A stretch of DNA of 64,000 bases from assembly GCA_964457725.1 (NCBI GenBank), contig CAYWGQ010000002.1, positions 45,023 through 109,022 on the forward strand. The letters are read 5' to 3'. Positions 1 through 9,280 of the stretch are shown here, in pieces; the stretch's first letter is position 1, and each line of letters begins with the position of its first letter. Origin of the DNA: an uncultured Gammaproteobacteria bacterium (lineage in GTDB: Bacteria > Pseudomonadota > Gammaproteobacteria > Steroidobacterales > Rariloculaceae). A program made the position numbers and the translations under genes. The notes below the pieces were generated by a model. It saw only the letters and a program-made list of their open reading frames with translations. It ran no database searches and had not been told where the DNA came from.

Positions 1-525
1 TCCGGCTTCAGCGAGGACGGCTACGAACGGGAGCTCAGACGGCTCGCGAAGGCGATGCGCGAGAGCTGGCCGACGACGATCGTGCGTATTCCCGCGAACT
101 GGGGGCTCGAGGAGCCGCGTCTCGCAAGCTTCATCGAGTATCTCGCCGCGAACGGGCTCGGCGCCGGCAACCCGGACATCTGTCCGACCTGCAACATGGC
201 GGCCGACCGCATCATCCGCGGCGCCGCAGGGCGCAAGGACTATCGCGGACTGATCGCAAACGTGATGGGCGTCGAGAGCTCGACGCTCGGCTACGACGCG
301 GTCGGCCCGAAGGGCGGGTTCAGCGTGCAAGAGGTGTTCGCGTTCGCACACGATCTGCAGCGAGCCACGCACATTCTGTGGGATCGAAACGTTCACGTCG
401 GCAACGAGAGCCCGGACCCTGCGGTCGGGCAACGCTGGCCCGCGATGCTGCGGCTCTTCTCGACGCATCCCGTGACGAATACCGCCTGCCCGAAAGCGTT
501 CGCCGGCGGCTGCTCGTCGAACTGA
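1..525 (+). CDS. hypothetical protein, 5' end outside window
   Basis: Frame 1 is open from base 1 to the TGA at 523-525; the track lists only the part from ATG 55. Codons are G/C-ending throughout. No motif recognised. Confidence 0.45.
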   Translation, partial: SGFSEDGYERELRRLAKAMRESWPTTIVRIPANWGLEEPRLASFIEYLAANGLGAGNPDICPTCNMAADRIIRGAAGRKDYRGLIANVMGVESSTLGYDAVGPKGGFSVQEVFAFAHDLQRATHILWDRNVHVGNESPDPAVGQRWPAMLRLFSTHPVTNTACPKAFAGGCSSN

Positions 526-537
526 CGAGGCGGCCCG

Positions 538-1380
538 TCACAACGAAGGCTGCCCGATGCGGCCAGGCCGCCGGGCGCGCTTCGACGGAAAGACGGCGTT
601 GCGCAACGCGCGCGCCAACGGCAACAAGGGACGCGGCACGAGCTTGATGGCCCTATCGCGCCTCGTCATGAACAGGTTGTCCGGAAACCAGCGAGAGTCG
701 AACGAGAACAGCAGCTCCGGATACTTTACGTAGCGCTCGTCGAAGCCGAGGCTCGGCACGAGATCGTTGCGCACGAAGATCAAATTGCCCGTGTGGCAGA
801 CCAGCGTATAGCCCTTGTCCCGGCCGACGTTCAGCGTGGCGCTGAACGTGTTGTACGGCGTCCTCGGCGTGTGCCGCCACAGTATCCCCGGGGGCACGCT
901 GCTATTGATCTCGATGACGACGATCTTCGGCGAGTAGTCCGTCAGGCTCTCCCAGATATCGAGGTCGTACGAGTCGACGTCGATCGACAGCAGCTCGAAG
1001 TCGGCGGGGATCGCGGAGCGCTTCAGCAGATTGTCGAGCGAGCTGGGATCCTCCTTCGGAAAGCCCACGAACGCTTGCAGGGCGGTGATGCGGGGGAACC
1101 GCGCCGCGGTGTCCTGCAGATCGCGGAAGCGGCTCGCGTCCCCCTCGATGTAGACGGCATTCCACCCTCGCTCGACGAGGGCGAACGTGTTGCTCAGATA
1201 GATTCCGTCCCAGGCACCGAATTCGACGCACCAGCGGTCGCGATCGTCGATGCCGGTGCGCCGGAGGATCTCGCGAATGACGCCGTCCTCGCCGTTCTGC
1301 GAGTGCACGTTGCTGCGGTACTGATCGAAGGGAGGACGGCGGACGCTTACGGTGCCGGTCGCGGTCGTCGAGTTAGTCAT
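538..1380 (-). CDS. FkbM-family-like methyltransferase
   Basis: 280 aa ORF. The N-terminal SQNGEDGVI motif and overall layout are typical of FkbM-type methyltransferases, and the neighbour is a glycosyltransferase. Confidence 0.55.
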   Translation of the reverse strand: MTNSTTATGTVSVRRPPFDQYRSNVHSQNGEDGVIREILRRTGIDDRDRWCVEFGAWDGIYLSNTFALVERGWNAVYIEGDASRFRDLQDTAARFPRITALQAFVGFPKEDPSSLDNLLKRSAIPADFELLSIDVDSYDLDIWESLTDYSPKIVVIEINSSVPPGILWRHTPRTPYNTFSATLNVGRDKGYTLVCHTGNLIFVRNDLVPSLGFDERYVKYPELLFSFDSRWFPDNLFMTRRDRAIKLVPRPLLPLARALRNAVFPSKRARRPGRIGQPSL

Positions 1381-1396
1381 CGGCGATGTCGGAAAG

Positions 1397-2254
1397 TCAG
1401 CCGTTACGGCTCGAACGGAACCAGCAGGTCGCGAGCTCGCGGCAGAACATCGGCAGGAACCGCGCCGCGTCCCAAGAGTAGCGGCCGAGCAGGCGGCGGG
1501 GTTCCGTGATCACGCGGAACAGCCACTCCGCGCCGATCCGTTGGGCCCACCGGGGCGCGCGCGTCTTGTGCCGGGCGAGATAGTCGATCGTCGCTCCCGC
1601 GCAGATCGCGACCCGCACGTCGAGCTCTTTCGCATGCGCGGCAATCCACGATTCCTGCTTCGGCGGACTGATGCCGAGGACGAGCAGATCCGGACGGGCG
1701 GCGTTCACGGCCGAGACGATTTTGCGCGACTCCTCGGCGGAGCGCTCGAAGCCGACGGGCGGGCTGTAGGTTCCAACGACGTCGATCCACGGCCACGTGC
1801 GGGCGATGTTGTCGCGGGCCCGCTCAGCGACGCCGGGCAACGCGCCGAGCAGGAATACGCGCAGGTTTCTGCCGCGCGCCGCCTCGAGCAGCGCCGGCAC
1901 GAGATCGCTGCCGTTGATCGGGCCGCGTAGCGGCCGGCCGAGGAGCGCGGCGGCCGCGACGATGTAGCGGCCGTCCGGCAGGACGAGCGATGCGTCCTCG
2001 TAGGCCTTCCTGAAGCTCGGATCGCTCTGATGGAGCACCACGTGGTTGATGTTCGGCGTGACGATGTAGCGGCAGCGGCGCTCGCCGGCCGCGAGCCATC
2101 TCCAGATCGCCGCGAGCGCCTCGTCGAAGGACAGCGCGTCGACGCGAATGCCGAACAGCCGAAGCTGCCTGGCGCGCTCGGCGCTCTGCGGCGGCGCGGT
2201 AGATCGGGGCAGCCTGGAAGCAACGTCGCGATGGCTGCCGGTGTTCGTTCTCAT
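1397..2254 (-). CDS. WecB/TagA/CpsF-family glycosyltransferase
   Basis: 285 aa. Contains the strings VTPNINHVV, LPDGR, ISPPKQE, GATIDYLAG-like and AEWLFR characteristic of WecG/TagA enzymes. Confidence 0.8.
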   Translation of the reverse strand: MRTNTGSHRDVASRLPRSTAPPQSAERARQLRLFGIRVDALSFDEALAAIWRWLAAGERRCRYIVTPNINHVVLHQSDPSFRKAYEDASLVLPDGRYIVAAAALLGRPLRGPINGSDLVPALLEAARGRNLRVFLLGALPGVAERARDNIARTWPWIDVVGTYSPPVGFERSAEESRKIVSAVNAARPDLLVLGISPPKQESWIAAHAKELDVRVAICAGATIDYLARHKTRAPRWAQRIGAEWLFRVITEPRRLLGRYSWDAARFLPMFCRELATCWFRSSRNG

Positions 2255-2476
2255 TCTGGATATAGCCCATCGGCGGCTGCGTAGCCGCGCGCGTACTGAT
2301 GCAAGTTCTATTCCATTGGCCGAGAGCGTTCAGGAGACTGCAAGCGTGCCGCCATTCTTCGGCCTTCTTACCGCTTTCGCGTCTCGCGGCACGCCGCAGC
2401 GAAGCGCGGCCGTACGCCGATGGGAAACGGCCGAATCGCAAATTTTGGACGACCGGCCCCCGGGGGGCGTCGGCGG

Positions 2477-3697
2477 TCAAAGCGAGCCGGCGAGATGCTC
2501 GACCAGATCGCGCGCGTCGTCTTCCGCGCCGTGAATGAACGTCGACTTCCGCCGGCGCAGGACGGGCAGGCCGATCGCGTAGAGTCCGGGCGCGTCCGCG
2601 ATCACGCCGCCTTCGTGCCGAAGTCGGCCTTTCCGGTCGAGAACGGGCACGTCGAGCCAGCGGTAGTCCGGGCGAAAGCCGGTCGCCCAGACGATCGAGC
2701 GGATTTCGCCGCTCCCGAGATCGAGGCCGAGCCGCGGCGACGCGGGCGCGCGCGTCGGCTCGAAGCGCTCCGGCGCGCTCGAGTCGACGTCCGCCTCCCG
2801 GGCCCATTCGTCGAACGTGTCGAGAAGGCGGTTCATCTTCAGGTCCGCGAGCGCGAACAGATGCTTCAAGCCGCCGGAAAAGAGCGCGCGGCCGTCGCGG
2901 ATCGCGGCGAGCCGCCCGACGAGCTCGACGCCGGCCGCGGAAAGCGAGTTCAGGTCGAGCGTCACGCGCTCCGGCGTGCCGACGAGCTGCGGGGAGGGCA
3001 GGCTGCGCGCGCGGTCGAGATCCTCGATCTCGTCGAAGCGCTGGTTCCAGACGCCGGAGGCTTCCATCCACCAGAGCACGTCGCGGCCCCGGTACGTTCG
3101 CGGCAGCCGCACGTGCTCGCCGACCGCGAGGATCACGCGCCGGCCGGAGCGCTGGATCTCGTCCGCGAGCTGCACCCCGGTGGCAGACGCGCCGACGACG
3201 AGCACGCCGCCGTCCGGGAGGCTCGCGGGGCTACGGTAGTCGAACGGCGTGAAGCACTGGACCGACGGCGGGACGGCCGCCGCCAGCGAAGGCACGACGG
3301 GCACGTTGCAAGCGCCGCTTGCGATCACGAGCGTTCGGCAACGAATCTCGCCGCCGCTCGTGACGACTCGGTAGCCCTCGTCGAGCCGCGTGACGGAAAG
3401 CACCTCCGTGTGCGTACGGACGGGCGCACCGCTCTCTGCCGCGTACGTCGAGATGAAGTCGACGACCTGCGGCATCGTCATGAAGCCGTCCGGGTCGCCG
3501 TCGTAGCGATAGCCCGGCAGGCGGCTCTGGCTGTTCGGTGTGAGCAGCCGCAGCGAGTCCCAGCGCTCGCGGCGCCAGGAATTCGCGATCTCGCCGCGCT
3601 CGAGCACGACGTGATCGATCGAGCGCTCGGTCAGTATGCGGCTGGTCGCCAGCCCGGCGTGTCCGGCGCCGACGACGACCGTGGTGAATCGTTCGAT
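2477..3697 (-). CDS. FAD/NAD(P)-binding oxidoreductase (flavin monooxygenase / CzcO-like); start uncertain
   Basis: The track ORF is 2477..3607 (GTG start). In-frame codons upstream encode IERFTTVVVGAGHAGL (GxGxxG fold), so the N-terminus must lie near 3697. No ATG/GTG/TTG exists between the in-frame stop at 3743-3745 and 3607. A second nucleotide-binding motif is VLVVGASATG, and the family-typical string SWRRERWDSLRLLTP is present. Confidence 0.7.
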   Translation of the reverse strand: MERFTTVVVGAGHAGLATSRILTERSIDHVVLERGEIANSWRRERWDSLRLLTPNSQSRLPGYRYDGDPDGFMTMPQVVDFISTYAAESGAPVRTHTEVLSVTRLDEGYRVVTSGGEIRCRTLVIASGACNVPVVPSLAAAVPPSVQCFTPFDYRSPASLPDGGVLVVGASATGVQLADEIQRSGRRVILAVGEHVRLPRTYRGRDVLWWMEASGVWNQRFDEIEDLDRARSLPSPQLVGTPERVTLDLNSLSAAGVELVGRLAAIRDGRALFSGGLKHLFALADLKMNRLLDTFDEWAREADVDSSAPERFEPTRAPASPRLGLDLGSGEIRSIVWATGFRPDYRWLDVPVLDRKGRLRHEGGVIADAPGLYAIGLPVLRRRKSTFIHGAEDDARDLVEHLAGSL

Positions 3698-3719
3698 GGT
3701 CGGTCCCGCGGAGGGTCGC

Positions 3720-4280
3720 TCAGAGCTTGTTGACCTCGACGGTCACGTTCGTCGGGTTCGTGACGATGTCGTATACCGCGGAGCGCTTCTGCGACTGAGC
3801 AACCAATGCCTCGATCTCTTCCTTCGTCGCGTCGGCGTCGATGTCGAACGTGACCTTGATGTCCTCGTAGCCGTTGCGCACGTCGCTATCGATGCCGAGG
3901 ATGCCCTGGATGTCCATCTTGCCCTCGAGCCTCGCCTCGACGCTGCGGAGCTGGATGCCGCGGTTCTGCGCGACCGCCGCAACGCCGGCCGTGAGGCAGC
4001 TCGCGAGCCCGACGAGCACGAACTCGACCGGCGTCGCGCCGAGATCCTCGGCCGCAAACACTTCCGGGTGATCCGCCTCGAACGTGAACTCGGTCTTGTG
4101 CTTGTGCTCCTGGCCGAGGCCGTGGAAGCCTTGCACGGTCGAGCGGCTGTGGGTACCGTTGCGCCACTTGCAAGTGGCACGCCAGGTGAACACCGCGGCT
4201 TCGGGCGCTTGCTTCAGCGCCTCGCGCGCGGCTAGCAACGCTTGTACGTTGACTCCGTTATCGATCATTGCCGCAGCCAT
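3720..4280 (-). CDS. OsmC-family peroxiredoxin
   Basis: An internal ATG at 4280 is preceded by GGAGAAGGAAC. The 186 aa product carries the OsmC core (GATPVEFVLVGLASCLTAG, two conserved Cys regions). The 94 aa extension in the track ORF is Ser/Arg-rich and looks non-coding. Confidence 0.85.
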   Translation of the reverse strand: MAAAMIDNGVNVQALLAAREALKQAPEAAVFTWRATCKWRNGTHSRSTVQGFHGLGQEHKHKTEFTFEADHPEVFAAEDLGATPVEFVLVGLASCLTAGVAAVAQNRGIQLRSVEARLEGKMDIQGILGIDSDVRNGYEDIKVTFDIDADATKEEIEALVAQSQKRSAVYDIVTNPTNVTVEVNKL

Positions 4281-4390
4281 GTTCCTTCTCCCGATCGACG
4301 AGTTGGTGGGTTGCCGAGTCCTTGGGTCGCCCTGCGCCCCGAAACGGGCGTTGGATGATACCCCCGGCCCGCCGGGGTGTCTAAGGCCCC

Positions 4391-4396
4391 TATAAT
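4391..4396 (+). promoter_or_regulatory. candidate -10 box (TATAAT) 5 nt upstream of the metX ATG
   Basis: A perfect TATAAT hexamer lies at 4391-4396. There is no Shine-Dalgarno sequence before ATG 4402 and no convincing -35 at 17 nt spacing. Confidence 0.3.
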
Positions 4397-4401
4397 CGCG
4401 C

Positions 4402-5601
4402 ATGGCCTCGAGCGTGACGAGCACGGCCGCGGGTTCGGTCGGCACGGTCGAAACGCGGTTTCTCGATCTGCCGGAGCCGCTCGAGCTCGACTGCGGCCGC
4501 TCCCTCCCGCAAGTCCGCATCGCGTACGAGACGTACGGCGAGCTCGCGCCGGCCCGCGACAACGTCGTGCTCGTCTGTCACGCGCTGTCCGGCGACGCGC
4601 ATGCCGCCGGCGTTGCGCGCACTCCGCGAGCGGCGAGCGCGCGTGACGGCTTCGGGGCCGAGGAACGCGACGCGGGACGCAGTCGCGATCTCGGCTGGTG
4701 GGACGGGATGATCGGCCCGGGGAAGGCGTTCGATACCGACCGCTTCTTCGTCGTCAGCACGAACCTCCTCGGCGGCTGCGGCGGCACGACGGGACCTTCG
4801 TCCGTGAACCCGGACACCGGGCGGCCGTACGGAGGCGATTTCCCGGTCATCACGGTCGCGGACATGGTGCGCGCGGAGCGCGCGTTCCTGAAGGCGCTCG
4901 GCATCGACCGCGTCGCGGCCGTCGCCGGCGGCTCTCTCGGCGGGATGCAGGCGCTCGAGTGGGCGGCGCGTTACGGCGACGAGGTGGACGCGATCGTCGC
5001 GATCGCGAGCACCCACGCGCTTCGGCCGCAAGGCGTCGCGTGGAACGCGATCGCGCGCAATGCGATCATGGCCGATCCCGATTGGCAGGGCGGGCACTAC
5101 TACGGCACCGGCCGCGCGCCGACGCGCGGGATGGGTATCGCGCGGATGGTCGGGCACATCACGTATCTGTCGGCCGAGGCGCTCGGGAAGAAGTTCGGGC
5201 GGCGGCTGCAGTTCGCCGACGACATTCGCTACGTGCTCGAGGAGCCGGAGTTCGCGGTGGAGAGCTATCTGCGCCACCAGGCAGGCAGCTTCGTCAAGCG
5301 CTTCGACGCGAACACGTATCTGTATCTTTCCCGCGCGCTGACGTATTTCGATCTCGCGCGCGAGCACGGCGGGGGAGACCTCGTCGAGGCCGTGCGGAAC
5401 GTCTCGGCACGAACGCTTCTGATCGCGTTCAGCTCCGATTGGCTCTACCCGCCCGGGGATTCGGAGGCAATCGCGGCCGCGCTCCGTGCAGCGGGCAAGG
5501 ACGTGGAGCTGCACGTCATCGACGCGCCGTACGGGCACGACTGCTTCTTGTTGGAGGAGGCGCGGCAAACGCCTATGATCCGACGTTTCCTCGCGCGCTA
5601 G
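4402..5601 (+). CDS. metX: homoserine O-acetyltransferase
   Basis: 399 aa. Contains LVCHALSGDAHAAG, WWDGMIGPGKAFDTDRFFVVSTNLLGGCGGTTGPSS and the nucleophile elbow GGSLGGMQALEW. It is followed by metY. Confidence 0.9.
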   Translation: MASSVTSTAAGSVGTVETRFLDLPEPLELDCGRSLPQVRIAYETYGELAPARDNVVLVCHALSGDAHAAGVARTPRAASARDGFGAEERDAGRSRDLGWWDGMIGPGKAFDTDRFFVVSTNLLGGCGGTTGPSSVNPDTGRPYGGDFPVITVADMVRAERAFLKALGIDRVAAVAGGSLGGMQALEWAARYGDEVDAIVAIASTHALRPQGVAWNAIARNAIMADPDWQGGHYYGTGRAPTRGMGIARMVGHITYLSAEALGKKFGRRLQFADDIRYVLEEPEFAVESYLRHQAGSFVKRFDANTYLYLSRALTYFDLAREHGGGDLVEAVRNVSARTLLIAFSSDWLYPPGDSEAIAAALRAAGKDVELHVIDAPYGHDCFLLEEARQTPMIRRFLAR

Positions 5602-5611
5602 GGAAAGGCGA

Positions 5612-6922
5612 ATGGAAGAGTCACGGCGCTTCGGTTTCGACACCCGTCAGGTGCACGCGGGACAACGCCCCGACCCGAACACGGGCGCGCGGGCGGTGCC
5701 GATCTTCCAGACGACGAGCTACGTCTTCGAGGATCCCGAGTCCGCCGCGGCGTATTTCAATCTGCAGGAGTACGGCAACACCTACTCGCGGATCATGAAT
5801 CCCACGGTCGCCGCGTTCGAGGAGCGCATCGCGAGCCTCGAAGGGGGGTGCGGTGCCGTTGCGTTCGCGAGCGGCCTCGCCGCGCAAATGGCCGCGCTCT
5901 TCACGCTGCTCGCACCGGGCGATCACGTCGTCTCGTCCGCCGCGCTCTACGGCGGCACGGTGAATCAGCTGAAGCACGTGCTAGGCAAGATGAACGTCGA
6001 TCTGACCTGGGTCGATCCGGACGATCTGAATGCGTGGCGCGGGGCCGTGCGCGACGGCACGAAGGCGTTTTTCGCGGAGACGATCGGAAATCCGGGCGGC
6101 AACATCCTCGACATCGAGGCGGTCGCCGAGATCGCGCACGAGCACGGCGTGCCGCTGCTGGTCGACAACACCTTCGCGACCCCGTATCTCTGTCGGCCGC
6201 TCGAGTGGGGCGCGGACATCGTGCTGCACTCGGCGACGAAGTTCCTCGGCGGCCACGGGACGAGCATCGGCGGCGTCGTCGTCGACTCCGGGCAGTTCAA
6301 TTGGTCGAACGGACGCTTCCCGGTGATCGCCGAGCCGTCCCCGGCGTACCACGGCTTGAAGTTTCACGAGACGTTCGGCGTCTACGGCTATTTGATGAAG
6401 CTTCGCGCAGAGACGCTGCGCGATCTCGGCGCATGCTTGAGCCCGTTCAACGCGTTCTTGTTCTTGCAGGGCCTCGAGACGCTGTCGCTGCGCATGGCAC
6501 GGCACGTCGAGAACGCGCTCGCGATCGCGGAGTACCTCGAGCGCCACGAGCTCGCCGAGAACGTCACCTACGCCGGACTCGCGCGAAGCCGCTATCGCCC
6601 GCTCGTCGAGAAGTATCTTCCCGAGGGCCCGGGCGCGGTCTTCTCGTTCGACATCCGCGGCGGCCGCGAGGCGGGACAGGAGTTCATTCGCGGCCTGACG
6701 GTATGGTCGCATCTCGCGAACGTCGGCGACGCGAAGAGCCTCGTCATCCATCCCGCGAGCACGACGCACAGGCAGCTCGAGGAAGCCGAGCTTCTCGCCG
6801 CGGGCGTGCGTCCCGGCACGATTCGGCTGTCGGTCGGGATCGAGGACGCGGACGATCTGATCTGGGATCTCGAGCAGGGCTTCGCCCGGGCGCGGGCTCT
6901 CGCGACGGAGGTGCGCTCGTGA
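5612..6922 (+). CDS. metY: O-acetylhomoserine aminocarboxypropyltransferase (sulfhydrylase), PLP-dependent
   Basis: 436 aa. Contains [28 protein letters not shown] and [10 protein letters not shown] (PLP lysine region). A GGAAAGG RBS precedes the start. Confidence 0.9.
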   Translation: MEESRRFGFDTRQVHAGQRPDPNTGARAVPIFQTTSYVFEDPESAAAYFNLQEYGNTYSRIMNPTVAAFEERIASLEGGCGAVAFASGLAAQMAALFTLLAPGDHVVSSAALYGGTVNQLKHVLGKMNVDLTWVDPDDLNAWRGAVRDGTKAFFAETIGNPGGNILDIEAVAEIAHEHGVPLLVDNTFATPYLCRPLEWGADIVLHSATKFLGGHGTSIGGVVVDSGQFNWSNGRFPVIAEPSPAYHGLKFHETFGVYGYLMKLRAETLRDLGACLSPFNAFLFLQGLETLSLRMARHVENALAIAEYLERHELAENVTYAGLARSRYRPLVEKYLPEGPGAVFSFDIRGGREAGQEFIRGLTVWSHLANVGDAKSLVIHPASTTHRQLEEAELLAAGVRPGTIRLSVGIEDADDLIWDLEQGFARARALATEVRS

Positions 6923-7410
6923 CCGCGCCGTTCGATCTCGCGCGCTACCAGGATCCCCTGACGATCCAGCGCGTCCTTCTGAACGCGAAGACGATCGCGA
7001 TCGTCGGCTTGTCCGGGAACGCACTCCGCGCGAGCAACTTCGTCGGCTTCTATCTGCGCCGTCACGGCTATCGCGTGATTCCGGTGAATCCGCGCGAGCG
7101 CGAAATCTTCGGCGAGAAGAGCTACGCGAGCCTCGCCGACGTGCCGGAGCGAGTCGACATCGTCAACGTGTTCCGCGCGCCGGACGCGCTGCCCGAGATC
7201 GCGACCGAGGCGGTGCGAATCGGCGCCGGGTGCCTCTGGTGCCAGTTCGGCGTGATCAACGAGGAGGGCGCGCGGATCGCCGAGGAGGGCGGGCTCTCGG
7301 TGGTCATGGACCGGTGCATCAAGGTCGAGCATGCGCGCTACATCGGCCGCATGCACTGGCTCGGCTTCAACACCGAGCGCGTGACGTCCGTTCGGAGCGG
7401 GTTGCAGTAG
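6919..7410 (+). CDS. CoA-binding domain protein
   Basis: A GTG at 6919 overlaps the metY stop by 4 nt (GTGA). The 163 aa product has TIAIVGLS, GYRVIPVNP and VDIVNVFR, typical of the CoA_binding_2 family. The rest of the 520 aa track ORF is out-of-frame metY. Confidence 0.75.
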   Translation: MTAPFDLARYQDPLTIQRVLLNAKTIAIVGLSGNALRASNFVGFYLRRHGYRVIPVNPREREIFGEKSYASLADVPERVDIVNVFRAPDALPEIATEAVRIGAGCLWCQFGVINEEGARIAEEGGLSVVMDRCIKVEHARYIGRMHWLGFNTERVTSVRSGLQ

Positions 7411-7443
7411 CTGGCCGCCGCGGCGGCCAAACGGGGGAAAATC

Positions 7444-8844
7444 ATGAGCGACGAGAGCGGCGAGCGGTTGTCGCGGCGGCAGCTGTTGAAGGAAACCGCG
7501 GCCGCCGCCGCGGGCGGTGCCGCGTTGCTCGCGCAGGCGGACACCGCGCTCGGCCAGGCGCCGGCCGCTGTCACTCGGCGGCGTTTCAGGGCCTGGATCT
7601 CGCGCGGCGAGGGGCCGGGACGGACGACGCTGCAGGAGGCCACGCTCCGCCCGATCTCGGGCCGGCAGGTGCTCGTGCGGACCGAGGCGACGAATCTCTG
7701 TTACTCGAACGTGCCGGCCGTGCTCGGCGTCACCGCGCCCGCGGGAGGACCGGCCGCGCGCAGCGCGCTCGCGCCGCCCGCCGGCGGCCGACGCTTGAGC
7801 GAGATGGCGGTCATTCAAGGGCACGGCGGCGTGGGCGTCGTCGAGGCGGTGGGCCCGGAGGTGCGCCGCGTGCGCGTCGGCGATCGCGTCTGCGTATCAG
7901 GCACGCCGCACTGCGGCGCTTGCTACCGGTGCCTGCGCGGCAGGTCGGACATGTGTCAGTTCCTGAGCGCGAACGGCCCGGACGACATCGTCGCGATCGC
8001 GGACCTCGCGGACGGCACGCCGGTCTACCAGAACTCGCACATCGGCGGGCTCGCGGAGTACATGGTCGCGTTCGAGGAGTGGGTCGTGCCTATCTTCACC
8101 GACCTGCCGGCGGCCGACGTCGGCATGGTCTGCAGCTGCGTTGCCGTCGCCGGGCTCGGCGCGACGACGGCACACGCGCTCGCGGCGATCGAGCCCGCGT
8201 CGTCGGTCGCGGTCGTCGGCTGCGGCCCGCTCGGGCTGAGCGCGGTGCAGGGTGCGCGGATCGCCGGGGCGTCGACGATCATCGCGATCGATCCGGTCGC
8301 GGTCCGGCGCGAGGCCGCGCTCGCGGTCGGCGCGACGCACGTGCTCGACCCGAACGTCGAAGGCGACGGCCTCGTCGAGCGCGTACGCTCGCTCACGTCC
8401 TGGCCGACGGACCGGCTGTGGTCCGGCGGACGCAACCCGAGTGGGCGCCGCCCCGGCGCCGGCGCCGATTTCGTGATCGAGGCGGCGGGCTTCGATCACG
8501 TCCCGCCGCGAGTCGAGCAGGGGCCGGATCCGACGGGTCTGCTGCCGATGCAGCAGGCCTACCGGATGTGCGCGCTCGGCGGACACCTGATCACGACGAG
8601 CGTGATACGCGGCGACATCGTGTTGCCGGGCAATCTGTTCTCGATCGGCGGCGTCACGCACCACGCGGGTCAGGCGGGCGGTTGCAGCCCGATGCGCGAC
8701 ATCCCGCGGTTCGTCGAGCTGCTCGCGAACGGCCAGTACGACGCGAAGACCCTCGCGACGACGGTCGTGCCGCTCGAGGACATGCTCGAAGCGTACGAGC
8801 AGGTCGCCTACCGGACGACGATCACCGCGATCATGACGGCGTGA
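7444..8844 (+). CDS. zinc-type alcohol dehydrogenase family protein with twin-arginine signal
   Basis: The N-terminus is SRRQLLKETAAAAAGGAALLAQA (Tat motif plus h-region). Zn-ADH signatures are GHGGVGVVEAVG and the structural Zn loop CGACYRCLRGRSDMC. The Rossmann motif is VAVVGCGPLG. A GGGGGAAAATC RBS precedes the start. Confidence 0.8.
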   Translation: MSDESGERLSRRQLLKETAAAAAGGAALLAQADTALGQAPAAVTRRRFRAWISRGEGPGRTTLQEATLRPISGRQVLVRTEATNLCYSNVPAVLGVTAPAGGPAARSALAPPAGGRRLSEMAVIQGHGGVGVVEAVGPEVRRVRVGDRVCVSGTPHCGACYRCLRGRSDMCQFLSANGPDDIVAIADLADGTPVYQNSHIGGLAEYMVAFEEWVVPIFTDLPAADVGMVCSCVAVAGLGATTAHALAAIEPASSVAVVGCGPLGLSAVQGARIAGASTIIAIDPVAVRREAALAVGATHVLDPNVEGDGLVERVRSLTSWPTDRLWSGGRNPSGRRPGAGADFVIEAAGFDHVPPRVEQGPDPTGLLPMQQAYRMCALGGHLITTSVIRGDIVLPGNLFSIGGVTHHAGQAGGCSPMRDIPRFVELLANGQYDAKTLATTVVPLEDMLEAYEQVAYRTTITAIMTA

Positions 8845-8893
8845 CGCCGGGCTCGCCGCGGCGAGAGACCCGCCGCGCGCGGGCTCTGGTCGC

Positions 8894-9280
8894 TCACAAC
8901 GACGGGGTCGGCGTACGGTTCCGCTCCGCCCGCTCCTGACACTCGACGCAGAGCGTCGCGTGCGGCACGGCTCGCAGGCGTGCGGCCGGGATCGGCTGCC
9001 CGCAGCTCGCGCACGTCCCGTACGTTCCGCTCTTCAGCCGGCGGAGCGCGTGCTGCACCGCCCGCAGCTCGTCGAGATCGCGGTCGATCTCCGCGAGGTG
9101 CAGGTCCACCAGCAGATCCGCGGTCGCGACGTCTTGCGGATCGGGGGTTCCCTGGATCAAGTCCTCGTACTGCGAGGCGTCGTGCTTGCGAAGCTCGCGG
9201 CGAACGTCTTCCCAGAGCTCGTCGTAACGGAGCCGAAGCGTCCGCTCGATCTCGCTCGTGTCGAGCGTGTTCTCGGTCAC
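8894..9280 (-). CDS. DksA/TraR-family C4 zinc-finger protein
   Basis: A GTG at 9280 follows GGAGGACCC. The 128 aa product has a C-terminal CASCGQPIPAARLRAVPHATLCVECQ (CxxC-N17-CxxC). Confidence 0.8.
   Translation of the reverse strand: MTENTLDTSEIERTLRLRYDELWEDVRRELRKHDASQYEDLIQGTPDPQDVATADLLVDLHLAEIDRDLDELRAVQHALRRLKSGTYGTCASCGQPIPAARLRAVPHATLCVECQERAERNRTPTPSL

Noticed and set aside
2441-2476. GCCCCC-C-GGGGGC element downstream of the flavoprotein stop read as a terminator
   Set aside because: It leaves essentially no loop unless the stem opens to 4-5 bp, and no U-tract follows directly on the minus strand.
1824-3071. 415 aa minus-strand ORF spanning the wecG-like and flavoprotein genes
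   Set aside because: The translation is extremely Arg/Ala/Pro-rich with no motifs. It overlaps two well-supported genes in other frames. This is a typical open-frame artefact of GC-rich DNA.
4281-4401. SAM-type riboswitch upstream of metX
   Set aside because: I could not recognise any conserved SAM riboswitch core or a terminator/anti-terminator pair by eye. The region also has to hold the divergent osmC promoter. A covariance-model scan is needed to settle this.
5848-7410. 520 aa plus-strand ORF treated as one protein
   Set aside because: Its first roughly 357 codons are an alternative frame of metY and are Arg-rich. Only the last 163 codons, from GTG 6919, form a credible CoA-binding protein.
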